32,000 nucleotides of DNA. It comes from Xanthomonas campestris pv. campestris str. ATCC 33913. GTDB lineage: Bacteria > Pseudomonadota > Gammaproteobacteria > Xanthomonadales > Xanthomonadaceae. Position 1 is the first letter of the stretch. Each line of letters starts with the position of its first letter. The notes under the pieces were generated by a model. The model saw nothing but the letters and a program-made list of their open reading frames with translations, did not search any database and had not been told where the DNA came from. The DNA lies in NCBI RefSeq assembly GCF_000007145.1, contig NC_003902.1, positions 1,627,436-1,659,435 of the forward strand, given 5' to 3'. A program made the translations under genes and the position numbers. Positions 23,175 through 31,248 of the stretch are shown piece after piece.

Positions 23175-24692
23175 GTGACCTCGATCAAGCAGGAAGACCT
23201 CATCCAGTCCGTCGCCGATGCGCTGCAGTACATCAGCTACTACCACCCGGTCGACTACATCAAGAATCTGTCCGCCGCCTACGAGCGCGAAGAGTCGCCG
23301 GCCGCCAAGGACGCGATTGCGCAGATCCTGATCAACTCGCGCATGTGCGCCGAAGGCCACCGCCCGATCTGCCAGGACACCGGCATCGTGACCGTGTTCC
23401 TGGAAATCGGCATGAACGTGCGCTGGGACGACGCCACGATGGGCGTGGAAGACATGGTCAACGAGGGCGTGCGCCGCGCCTACAACCACCCGGACAACAA
23501 GCTGCGCGCCAGCGTGCTGGCCGACCCGGCCGGCAAGCGCGCCAACACGAAGGACAACACCCCGGCGGTGGTCAGCACCAAGATCGTGCCGGGCGACCAT
23601 CTTGAGGTGATCGTGGCGGCCAAGGGCGGCGGCTCGGAGGCCAAGAGCAAGTTCGCCATGCTCAATCCCTCCGATTCCATCGTCGATTGGGTGCTCAAGA
23701 CCGTGCCGACCATGGGCGCCGGCTGGTGCCCGCCGGGCATGCTCGGCATCGGCATTGGCGGCACCGCCGAGAAGGCCATGTTGCTGGCCAAGGAAGCGCT
23801 GATGGAGCCGATCGACATCGTCGACCTGCAGGCCCGTGGCGCCTCCAATCGCGCCGAAGAATTGCGCCTGGAGCTGTACGAAAAGGTCAACGCGCTGGGC
23901 ATCGGTGCCCAGGGTCTGGGCGGCCTGACCACGGTGCTGGACATCAAGGTCAAGGACTACCCGACCCACGCCGCCAACCTGCCGGTGGCGCTGATTCCCA
24001 ACTGCGCGGCCACCCGCCATGCGCACTTCACCCTGGACGGCAGCGGCCCGGTGATGCTGGACCCGCCGTCGCTGGAAGACTGGCCCAAGCTCACCTACAA
24101 CCCGACCAACGCGCGCCGGGTCAACCTGGACACCATCACCCGCGAAGAAGTGGCCAGCTTCAAGCCGGGCGAAGTGGTGCTGCTCAACGGCAAGCTGCTC
24201 ACCGGCCGCGATGCCGCACACAAGCGCATGATCGACATGCTCAACCGCGGCGAGACCTTGCCGGTCGACTTCACCAACCGCTTCATCTATTACGTTGGCC
24301 CGGTCGACCCGGTGCGCGACGAAGTCGTGGGCCCGGCCGGCCCGACCACCGCCACGCGCATGGACAAGTTCACCCGCCAGATGCTCGAACAAACCGGGCT
24401 GCTGGGCATGGTCGGCAAGTCCGAGCGTGGCGATGCGGCGATCGACGCCATCCGCGACAACAAGGCCGTGTACCTGATGGCGGTCGGCGGCTCGGCGTAC
24501 CTGGTGTCCAAGGCGATCAAGGCCGCACGCGTGCTGGCCTTCGAAGACCTCGGCATGGAGGCGATCTACGAGTTCGAGGTCAAGGACATGCCGGTGACGG
24601 TGGCGGTGGATTCCACCGGCGAGTCGGTGCACAAGACCGGCCCGCGGCTGTGGCAGTCGCGCATCGGCAAGATTCCGGTAGTGGTGGAATAA
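23175..24692 (+). CDS. fumA: Class I (Fe-S dependent) fumarate hydratase
   Basis: This is the frame of track ORF 22659..24692. The N-terminus by family pattern is (M)TSIKQEDLIQSVADALQYISYYHP from GTG 23175, giving about 505 aa, the usual size for single-chain class I fumarases. In-frame ATG 23139 is an alternative. The CQDTG Fe-S ligand region is present. Confidence 0.9.
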   Translation: MTSIKQEDLIQSVADALQYISYYHPVDYIKNLSAAYEREESPAAKDAIAQILINSRMCAEGHRPICQDTGIVTVFLEIGMNVRWDDATMGVEDMVNEGVRRAYNHPDNKLRASVLADPAGKRANTKDNTPAVVSTKIVPGDHLEVIVAAKGGGSEAKSKFAMLNPSDSIVDWVLKTVPTMGAGWCPPGMLGIGIGGTAEKAMLLAKEALMEPIDIVDLQARGASNRAEELRLELYEKVNALGIGAQGLGGLTTVLDIKVKDYPTHAANLPVALIPNCAATRHAHFTLDGSGPVMLDPPSLEDWPKLTYNPTNARRVNLDTITREEVASFKPGEVVLLNGKLLTGRDAAHKRMIDMLNRGETLPVDFTNRFIYYVGPVDPVRDEVVGPAGPTTATRMDKFTRQMLEQTGLLGMVGKSERGDAAIDAIRDNKAVYLMAVGGSAYLVSKAIKAARVLAFEDLGMEAIYEFEVKDMPVTVAVDSTGESVHKTGPRLWQSRIGKIPVVVE

Positions 24693-24702
24693 GCAAACCT
24701 GG

Positions 24703-24736
24703 AACGGCGACGCACACACACTGCGTCGCCGTTTTC
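24703..24736 (+). terminator. Intrinsic terminator after fumarase
   Basis: ACGGCGACGCA-CACACAC-TGCGTCGCCGT forms an 11-bp perfect stem followed by TTTT, 11 nt after the stop. Confidence 0.85.
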
Positions 24737-24744
24737 AGTTTGGG

Positions 24745-24775
24745 CACCGCGTATATCTGTTATTCGCACGCGGTG
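24745..24775. promoter_or_regulatory. Second hairpin/palindrome CACCGCGT-N15-ACGCGGTG with an AT-rich centre
   Basis: Perfect 8-bp arms at 24745-24752 and 24768-24775, with loop ATATCTGTTATTCGC, followed by TTTG. It could be a back-up terminator or an operator for the downstream Cys-rich gene. Confidence 0.3.
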
Positions 24776-24885
24776 TTTGTGCGCTGGAAAAAAGATGCCT
24801 GCATGCGTGTCTTACGTGGCAGGACGGCCCAACAGGAACGGGCTATGCTCGGGGTGCACATGCCAGCACCCTCAGGAGAACAGGA

Positions 24886-25311
24886 ATGCTCCGCCTCATC
24901 TGCGTTGCCGTCTTGGTGTGCGCCAGCCTGCCGCTGGCAGCGCAGCAAAAGACCCAGCCCACCGTGCTGTTTCCTTCCGGCAACTACGCGCCGCAGCCCA
25001 CCGCACCGGTGCCGTTTGCCGAGAAAAAGCCGCTCAAGCCCAGCGACACCGCGACGCGCTTCGACGGCCCCTCGGTGATGGAGCGCTGCATCGCGCAGTG
25101 CAACCGCAGCGCCGCGCAGTGCAACGCCGACCGGCCAAGCGAGAGCAGTTGCCGCATGGCGGTTGCACCACGCGGAAAGAGCTGCGACGCAACCCAGAAT
25201 CCGGCGCAGCGCGCCAATTGCATGGCGCAGGTGTTCGATTGCACCCAGCAAAGCGATGCCAATCGCTGTGAACCGCACAAGCTTGCCTGTTTGCGTTCCT
25301 GTACCAACTAG
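24886..25311 (+). CDS. Secreted cysteine-rich protein of unknown function (141 aa, 10 Cys in the last 72 residues)
   Basis: There is a strong SD (CAGGAGAACAGGA-ATG) and a signal peptide (MLRLICVAVLVCASLPLAA). A Pro-rich linker is followed by a Cys-rich C-terminal domain with Cys at residues 68, 72, 79, 89, 100, 112, 119, 128, 135 and 139. I recognise no family. Confidence 0.75.
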   Translation: MLRLICVAVLVCASLPLAAQQKTQPTVLFPSGNYAPQPTAPVPFAEKKPLKPSDTATRFDGPSVMERCIAQCNRSAAQCNADRPSESSCRMAVAPRGKSCDATQNPAQRANCMAQVFDCTQQSDANRCEPHKLACLRSCTN

Positions 25312-25339
25312 TCCTGTCCCACCTAACGAGCGAGCCTGC

Positions 25340-25975
25340 ATGACCACGACGCTGTACCACGCCCCCAGCACCGCCGCCCTGGTCGTGCACTGGATGTTGA
25401 TCGAACTGCAGGTGCCGCACGTGCTGCATCCACTGGACTTCGACCGGCGCGAGCAGAAATCCCCCGCCTATCTCGCGCTCAACCCGGCAGGCGTGGTGCC
25501 GACCCTGGTGCTGGAGGGACAGGTGATGACCGAAGCGGCGGCCATCGTGCTGCACCTGGCCGACCTGCACCCGCAGGCGGGCTTGGCACCGCCGCCGGGG
25601 ACGCCGGCACGCGCGGCGTACTACCAGTGGATGTTCTTCTGCGCCAACACCTTGCAGCCGGCGTTTCGCGCCTGGTTCTACCCGGACGAGCCGGCCGGCG
25701 CTGAGCAGGTCGACGCCGCGCAAGCGCAGGCCCGGCAGAAACTGGAGGCGGCCTGGGCGCAAGTGGACGCGCACCTGCAGGCGCACGGCCCGTATCTGCT
25801 GGGCGACACGCTATCGGCGGCCGATTTCCTGCTGACCATGCTGATGCGCTGGTCGCGCAATATGCCCAAACCCACGGATACCTGGCCCGCCTTGCACGCG
25901 CATGCCCAGCGGATGAAGGCGCGGCCCGCCTTCCGGGAGACCTACCGGCGCGAGGGCCTGACCGACTGGACCTGA
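25340..25975 (+). CDS. Glutathione S-transferase
   Basis: This is the frame of track ORF 25163..25975. I place the start at ATG 25340, 28 nt after the previous stop. It has a thioredoxin-like N-domain (LNPAGVVPTLVLEGQVMTEAAAIVLHLAD) and a helical C-domain (LGDTLSAADFLL). Confidence 0.88.
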   Translation: MTTTLYHAPSTAALVVHWMLIELQVPHVLHPLDFDRREQKSPAYLALNPAGVVPTLVLEGQVMTEAAAIVLHLADLHPQAGLAPPPGTPARAAYYQWMFFCANTLQPAFRAWFYPDEPAGAEQVDAAQAQARQKLEAAWAQVDAHLQAHGPYLLGDTLSAADFLLTMLMRWSRNMPKPTDTWPALHAHAQRMKARPAFRETYRREGLTDWT

Positions 25976-26084
25976 ACGTTCGACGCGCAAGCGAGGCCAT
26001 GTGTCGATAGTTGCAGTTGAGTCCGTCTGGTTATGCCTACCAGGGTGTACGATCGCGAGACACACAGAGAACAGGGGCTCTACC

Positions 26085-26798
26085 ATGTTGCAGTCCGTAT
26101 CGCGTCGCAAACTGTTGCAATGCGCATGTTGCGCACCGGTGGCGGCTGCCGCTGCCTCGTTGCCGTCCTCGCTGCGCGCCGCGCCCAGCAAGAAAACCGA
26201 CCTCACCGCCGAACAGGCGCTGCAGGTGCTGCGTGACGGCAACAAGGCGTTCGTCGAGAACCGCCCCAAGAAGGTGATCTCCGACGGCAAGCGCCGACTG
26301 GAGCTTGCGCTTGGGCAGACCCCGTTCGTGATCCTGGTGTCGTGCTCGGATTCGCGCGTGCCGCCGGAGCTGCTGTTCGGCCGCGGCCTGGGCGAGATGT
26401 TCATCGTGCGCAATGCCGGCAATACGGTAGACACCACCGCGCTGGGCTCGATCGAATACGCAGTGAGCCAGCTCGGCGTGCCGTTGGTGGTGGTAATGGG
26501 GCATGAAAGCTGCGGCGCAGTGGCGGCGGCGGTGTCGGTGGTCGAGCAGAACGCGTTCTTCCCCGGCGCGATCGGCGCGATGATCGAACCCATCGTCCCG
26601 GCCGTGCTGACGGCAAAGAGCAAGGGCGGTGAAGACCTGCTGGCGGCATCGGTGAAGGCAAACGTCAAGCGCACCGTGGACCGCCTGCGTGGTGCGTCCG
26701 AGCCGGCACTTCTTGAACCGCTGCGTGGCGGTAGCTGCCGTGTGGTTGGCGCCTACTACACGCTCAAGGACGGCAAGGTCGATTTCTTCGACGTCTGA
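26085..26798 (+). CDS. Beta-class carbonic anhydrase with twin-arginine (Tat) signal peptide
   Basis: This is the frame of track ORF 26001..26798. I place the start at ATG 26085. It has the Tat motif SRRKLL, the beta-CA zinc ligand motifs CSDSR and HESCGAV, and NKAF near the N-terminus. Confidence 0.9.
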   Translation: MLQSVSRRKLLQCACCAPVAAAAASLPSSLRAAPSKKTDLTAEQALQVLRDGNKAFVENRPKKVISDGKRRLELALGQTPFVILVSCSDSRVPPELLFGRGLGEMFIVRNAGNTVDTTALGSIEYAVSQLGVPLVVVMGHESCGAVAAAVSVVEQNAFFPGAIGAMIEPIVPAVLTAKSKGGEDLLAASVKANVKRTVDRLRGASEPALLEPLRGGSCRVVGAYYTLKDGKVDFFDV

Positions 26799-26864
26799 GG
26801 CGGTGGCAACACGTAGGTGTGCGGCGTTTTCTGTTCCTGCTGCTGCGCTGAAACATCTGAATTG

Positions 26865-26893
26865 AAAAAGCCGGCAGCGATGCCGGCTTTTTT
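26865..26893. terminator. Bidirectional intrinsic terminator between carbonic anhydrase (+) and pldA (-)
   Basis: AAAAAGCCGGCA-GCGA-TGCCGGCTTTTTT: a GC stem flanked by an A-run and a T-run, so it is usable on both strands. Confidence 0.8.
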
Positions 26894-26991
26894 CATGGCA
26901 ACTGATTGTGCCGTCGCTGCAGAGGCAACATCGGCCTCCAGGATTTACCGCTGGCGTTGACGGGCCTGCGTGCATCCCTGCGGCCGACGCA

Positions 26992-28122
26992 TCAGAACCA
27001 TTCCAGCAACGACACGCCCACGCCCACATAGGTGGCCTTGTGGTTGTAGTCGATCAGGCTCTCGCCATAGCCGTCGAACACCTGCACGTGGCCGCGCAAC
27101 AGGTTGGTGATCGGGAAGCCGTAATCCAGTTGCACCGAGCCGTGCGAGCGGTCGCCGCCACGCAGCGAATGCCGGGCAATCAAGGCGAATTCGTGGCCAT
27201 CCTTGTTATAGACGAGGGTGGCGTCGCCGCGGCCCATGTAATCCTCGATGTCCGGATTATTGTCGTCGGCACGGTCTTCCTTGATACGGAACCACGGGCG
27301 CAACGTCAGCGCCCAGTTTTCGCGATCCAGGCCGATATTGAGGATCACCCGGTTCCAGGAACGCGACAGCGGGTCTTCGCGGCCGTTGGACATGTGATTG
27401 ATGCTGATGCCGCTCATGCGGCCTTTCCAGCCGAAGATGCTGTAGTTGTTGCGAAACACCAGCATCGCTTCCGGCTCGTAATTGGTCTCGCGGAACGGGC
27501 GCGAGGCATCGGAGTTATAGGCCTGCCAGCGCGAGCTCTGGGTATAGCCCATCCAGATATCGCCGTTGTCGCCGAACAGATCCTCAACCACCTTGGTCTT
27601 GAAGCTCAGCTGGAACTTCAGCTCGGCGCTGTCCAGTTGCTGCGGCGTGCTGACCGAGTTGGCCGGGTTCGGCGACTGCGGCGTGCGGTTGGTGTCGCTG
27701 GTCCAGAATGCCGGCAACAGATAGACCGGCTTGTAGCCGCGCAGCTGGAAGGTCCCCAGCTTGGAATCCTTGGCCAGCTCCCAGCGGCGATCCAGCAGCG
27801 AGCCGCGGCCGGCATTGGCGACCGCTTCTTCCTTCGGCTGGTCCTGGCCGTCGGCGCGGAAGAAATCGCCCACGCGGCTGATCTTGCGGGTGTCTTCCGA
27901 TTTGGCGGCCTGCTTGGCCAACTGCGCGGCGGCATCTGCCTCCTGCACGGCCTGCGGGGTATATCCCAGCGCCTGGTCGTAGCACGCCAGACGCGCGGCA
28001 TCCGAAGTCACGGAGGTACAGGCCTGCGGCGATGCTGGCTGTGGAGCGATTTCCTGCGCGTGCGCCAGCGGCGCAGCGGCCAGGGCGATCAGCATTAGGG
28101 GACGGGCACGTTGCTTGGACAT
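26992..28122 (-). CDS. pldA: Outer-membrane phospholipase A (OMPLA)
   Basis: This is the frame of track ORF 26992..28494. I place the start at ATG 28122 (MSKQRARPLMLIALAAAPLAHA, a signal peptide). It has the catalytic HxSNG motif (INHMSNGR) and a beta-barrel C-terminus ending in ...GVGVSLLEWF. Confidence 0.92.
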   Translation of the reverse strand: MSKQRARPLMLIALAAAPLAHAQEIAPQPASPQACTSVTSDAARLACYDQALGYTPQAVQEADAAAQLAKQAAKSEDTRKISRVGDFFRADGQDQPKEEAVANAGRGSLLDRRWELAKDSKLGTFQLRGYKPVYLLPAFWTSDTNRTPQSPNPANSVSTPQQLDSAELKFQLSFKTKVVEDLFGDNGDIWMGYTQSSRWQAYNSDASRPFRETNYEPEAMLVFRNNYSIFGWKGRMSGISINHMSNGREDPLSRSWNRVILNIGLDRENWALTLRPWFRIKEDRADDNNPDIEDYMGRGDATLVYNKDGHEFALIARHSLRGGDRSHGSVQLDYGFPITNLLRGHVQVFDGYGESLIDYNHKATYVGVGVSLLEWF

Positions 28123-28288
28123 GGGTGCTGGCCGAGGTGGAGGCGCCACACAGGCGCAGAAGGACGCAGGATAACGGTCGCGTCTGCATAAGCCATGTGT
28201 ACACGGCGGCATAACAAGTCGGACGCGACTGCCGCCGCCGCGGGGCCAATGGTGCGCGCGCGGTTGCCGGCCTGCGGTTGTTGTCGCC

Positions 28289-28774
28289 TCAGAAAAACCA
28301 GGCGATCGCGAACACGCCCAGCATGCACATGCCCAGCGCCAGCTTGGTGGCAGTGCCGAATACGATGCCCAGCCAGGTGCCGATGCCCACCTTGGTGGCC
28401 TGGCCGGTCTTGCGGGTCTGCCAGTACTCGCCGATCCAGGCGCCAGCGAAGGGACCCACGAACAGCCCGATCGGCATGAAGAAAATTCCGGCAATGGCGC
28501 CGATCACCGAGCCCCACAGCGCCAGCTTGCTGGCGCCGACCCGCTGCGCGCCGTACACCGTGGCCAGAAAGTCGATCAGGAAGGACAGCGCCGTCATGAC
28601 GCCCAGCACCACCAGCGCGACCCATCCCACATGCGCGAAGCCGTCCGCCCAGGCCGCCAGCAACAGGCCGGCAAACACCAGCGGCAACCCGGGCAAGGCC
28701 GGCAGGATCACGCCGGCAAGCCCGACCAGGACCAGCACGCCGGCCAGAATGTAGTAGACGACGGTGGTGTCCAT
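28289..28774 (-). CDS. DUF456-family inner-membrane protein
   Basis: 161-aa ORF with 4 TM segments. The pattern LPALPGLPLVFAGLLL...GAQRVGASK...GPFAGA is characteristic of DUF456 (YqgC-like). Confidence 0.8.
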   Translation of the reverse strand: MDTTVVYYILAGVLVLVGLAGVILPALPGLPLVFAGLLLAAWADGFAHVGWVALVVLGVMTALSFLIDFLATVYGAQRVGASKLALWGSVIGAIAGIFFMPIGLFVGPFAGAWIGEYWQTRKTGQATKVGIGTWLGIVFGTATKLALGMCMLGVFAIAWFF

Positions 28775-28826
28775 GATGGTCTAGAAATGTCCTATTTCAG
28801 GGTTGACAAAAATGCGCAAGGGGTGC

Positions 28827-28855
28827 TTGAAATTTCGTTTTGTGCGGGTTAAGTT
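28827..28855 (+). promoter_or_regulatory. Candidate sigma-70 promoter of the cold-shock gene (TTGAAA-17 nt-TAAGTT)
   Basis: TTGAAA at 28827-28832, a 17-nt spacer, TAAGTT at 28850-28855. This would give a roughly 140-nt 5' UTR, as is usual for cspA-type genes. A TTGACA at 28803-28808 lacks a matching -10. Confidence 0.4.
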
Positions 28856-29002
28856 GCAGCCGCAGCTGTTTGCCGGGGTCACAGTGAATCGTGGCCTGAT
28901 GCGGTAGATCGACCGATCCGCTACATCCTTGTACCTCGCTTCCTCCTTGCAACCAGCCACCGCCGCCAATTCCATACACAGTGTCGTAGGGAGTCAGTCG
29001 AG

Positions 29003-29218
29003 ATGTCCAACATCGAACGCGAAAATGGTGTCGTGAAGTGGTTCAACGATGCCAAGGGCTTCGGCTTCATCAGCCGCGAAAATGGCGAGGATGTGTTCGT
29101 GCATTTCCGCGCGATCCAGATCCAGGGCTTCAAGAGCCTCAAGGAAGGTCAGAAGGTCAGCTTTACCGTCGTGCAAGGCCAGAAGGGCCTGCAGGCCGAC
29201 GCGGTGCAGGTGGTCTGA
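29003..29218 (+). CDS. cspA: Cold-shock protein, CspA family
   Basis: 71-aa ORF with RNP1 (KGFGFI) and RNP2 (VFVHF) motifs. GGGAG SD lies 9 nt upstream. Confidence 0.95.
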   Translation: MSNIERENGVVKWFNDAKGFGFISRENGEDVFVHFRAIQIQGFKSLKEGQKVSFTVVQGQKGLQADAVQVV

Positions 29219-29240
29219 GCACACGCATCGCGCAGACGGC

Positions 29241-29266
29241 AGAAAGGCCCGTTGCCGGGCCTTTCT
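29241..29266. terminator. Hairpin AGAAAGGCCCG-TTGC-CGGGCCTTTCT between the convergent csp and lipoprotein genes
   Basis: 11-bp perfect stem, 22 nt after the csp stop and 28 nt after the minus-strand gene stop. The short T/A-rich stem ends could serve both directions. Confidence 0.65.
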
Positions 29267-29294
29267 GATCACTACGGCCTCAAGCTGCGTGCGC

Positions 29295-29777
29295 TTAGCG
29301 CAGCACGACCTTGCCGTTGACAACGCGCACATAGGCGTTTTCGCGCACGCCGGCCAGGTCGCGCTGGTTGACCATGATCACGCGGCCATCGTCCATGCGC
29401 ACCTGCACGTCGTAGCTCTCGCTGGTGACGTTGTTCTGGATCGCGTTGCCGGCCAGGGCGCCTGCAGCGGCGCCGGCAACGGCAGACACGTTCTTGTTGC
29501 CCTTGCTGCCGCCGGTCTCCTTGGAGATCTGGCGTCCAGCGACCGCGCCGACAATGCCGCCGAGCACCGCGCCGGTGCCGGTCGGAGCGCTGCGGGTGGG
29601 GCCAACCTCATCGATGCGGGTGACGATGCCGCAATCCACGCAGCGGTTCTGCTGCGAGTAGCCGCCCTGGTCGTAGCCGCGGTCGCCGCGATAGCTGCCG
29701 TACTGCGGCTGGGAGGTGGCGCAGCCGACCAGGGTTGCGGTGGCGGCCAGGCCAATGACGAGCAGTCGGGTCTTCAT
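29295..29777 (-). CDS. Outer-membrane lipoprotein with glycine-zipper (Rick_17kDa_Anti/SlyB-like) domain
   Basis: 160-aa ORF with a lipobox (LVGC) and glycine-zipper segments (GAVLGGIVGAVAG; AVAGAAAGALAGNA). Confidence 0.85.
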   Translation of the reverse strand: MKTRLLVIGLAATATLVGCATSQPQYGSYRGDRGYDQGGYSQQNRCVDCGIVTRIDEVGPTRSAPTGTGAVLGGIVGAVAGRQISKETGGSKGNKNVSAVAGAAAGALAGNAIQNNVTSESYDVQVRMDDGRVIMVNQRDLAGVRENAYVRVVNGKVVLR

Positions 29778-29896
29778 GAGGTCTCTCCAGGGATTCAGTA
29801 GGCGGTCGGGGCCGCGGCGACGTCATCCTGTGATGGTCCAGGTGAACGGCCTGCCAACTGGATCACTCCAGGCTTAACGAAACCCGAGCGAGGCCT

Positions 29897-30325
29897 TCAT
29901 CGAAAGTCACGGTGGCAGGCCTCACAGGCCTCGGAAATCTGCGTCCGCGCCTGTGCCAGCACAGCGCAATCAAGGTTTGGCGCGTGCAGCGGCGCAGCGA
30001 TCGCAGCACGCAGTGCCTGCGCGTGTTCGCCAAAGCGCCGGTCTTCGCCCAGGTCGCCGAACACCGGCTCCAGGTCAGTGGCCAGCAGCTGCAGTGTCTG
30101 TAGCCGCGCGCGTTGTCTGGCTGGTTCACAGCTGCTGCGGTATGGGCCGGGCAGGGCGCGCAGTTGATGGTCCATGACCTGCATCAGGCTGTCCGGCACC
30201 GGGTCGCGCCGTGCCTGCAGCGTGCGCGCCACCATCACCGTGCAGACCAGGCCGAGCAGCACGCCCAGCACGAGAACGAACCCATAGCGTGCCGCATGGG
30301 ATTGCGCAGGAGGCGGTGCGGACAT
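29897..30325 (-). CDS. Membrane-anchored class II (cytochrome c-prime/c556-like) c-type cytochrome, 142 aa
   Basis: This is the frame of track ORF 29897..30646. I place the start at ATG 30325, with GGAG 6 nt upstream. It has one N-terminal TM helix (YGFVLVLGVLLGLVCTVMVA), a roughly 100-aa helical domain, and a single heme-binding CxxCH at the extreme C-terminus (ISEACEACHRDFR), which is the class II cytochrome c layout. Confidence 0.6.
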   Translation of the reverse strand: MSAPPPAQSHAARYGFVLVLGVLLGLVCTVMVARTLQARRDPVPDSLMQVMDHQLRALPGPYRSSCEPARQRARLQTLQLLATDLEPVFGDLGEDRRFGEHAQALRAAIAAPLHAPNLDCAVLAQARTQISEACEACHRDFR

Positions 30326-30372
30326 GGCTGCTCCGGTGAGCGCGCCGTGGATGGGGCGCGTAAAATAGGCCG

Positions 30373-31203
30373 ATGAAAGCACAATGGCGTGAACGCTTTG
30401 CCGGTATCGACCGGCTGTACGGAGTTGGCACGGTGGAGCGGCTGGCCGAGTGCCGGGTCGCGGTAGTGGGCATGGGCGGGGTGGGCTCGTGGGTGGTGGA
30501 GGCGCTGGCCCGCACCGGCGTGGGCCATCTGCGGCTGATCGATGCCGACGATCTATGCGTGTCCAACACCAATCGGCAGCTGCCGGCGCTGGCCGGCCAG
30601 TACGGGCGCAACAAGGCGCGCGCAATGGCCGAGCGCTGCGTGGCAATCAATCCGGAGATCGAGGCCGATGCGGTGGAGTCATTTCTCACCGCCGGCAATA
30701 TCGAGAGCCTGCTGGGCGAGGGCTTCGATCTGGTGATCGATGCCTGCGACAGTTTTCGCGTGAAAGTCGAAACCATCGCCTGGTGCCGGCGTCGCAAGCT
30801 GCCGCTGCTGACGGTGGGTGCTGCAGGCGGGCGCACCGACCCGACCCTGGTGCGTGTACGCGATGTCTCGCGCACCGAGCACGACGCGATGCTGGCACTG
30901 ATCCGCAAGAAGTTGCGCAGCGACTTCAACTTTCCGAAAAGCGCCAAGCGCTACTTCGGCGTGCCGGCGGTGTATTCGCTGGAGAACGTGAAGTACCCGC
31001 AAGCCGATGGCAGCGTTTGCGGCATTCGTCCGCAACTGGGCGCCGATGCCGCGCTCAAGCTGGACTGTGGTGCCGGGCTGGGCGCGGCCACCCACATCAC
31101 CGGCACGTTCGCCTTCGTCGCGGTCGGCAAGGCGCTGGAGATGTTGCTCAAGCCCAAGAGCGCGGCAGCGTTACCTGCCGCAGCGGATGCGGCGGCGGCG
31201 TAG
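30373..31203 (+). CDS. tcdA: tRNA threonylcarbamoyladenosine dehydratase (ThiF/E1-like, TcdA/CsdL)
   Basis: 276-aa ORF with the ThiF-type nucleotide-binding motif VVGMGGVGSW and TcdA-like segments (SNTNRQ, IDACDS, ...VYSLE). Confidence 0.88.
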   Translation: MKAQWRERFAGIDRLYGVGTVERLAECRVAVVGMGGVGSWVVEALARTGVGHLRLIDADDLCVSNTNRQLPALAGQYGRNKARAMAERCVAINPEIEADAVESFLTAGNIESLLGEGFDLVIDACDSFRVKVETIAWCRRRKLPLLTVGAAGGRTDPTLVRVRDVSRTEHDAMLALIRKKLRSDFNFPKSAKRYFGVPAVYSLENVKYPQADGSVCGIRPQLGADAALKLDCGAGLGAATHITGTFAFVAVGKALEMLLKPKSAAALPAAADAAAA

Positions 31204-31248
31204 CGTTTGGCCGCTGGTCTGCCAGTGATGGCGTGCTACTGCGCGTCG

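Noticed and set aside
21090-24719. 1209-aa minus-strand ORF covering the ABC exporter (out of frame) and fumarase (antisense)
   Set aside because: Same GC-driven artefact. The product is Arg/Gly/Ala/His/Pro-rich with no motifs, while the in-frame ABC and fumarase translations carry Walker, signature and Fe-S motifs.
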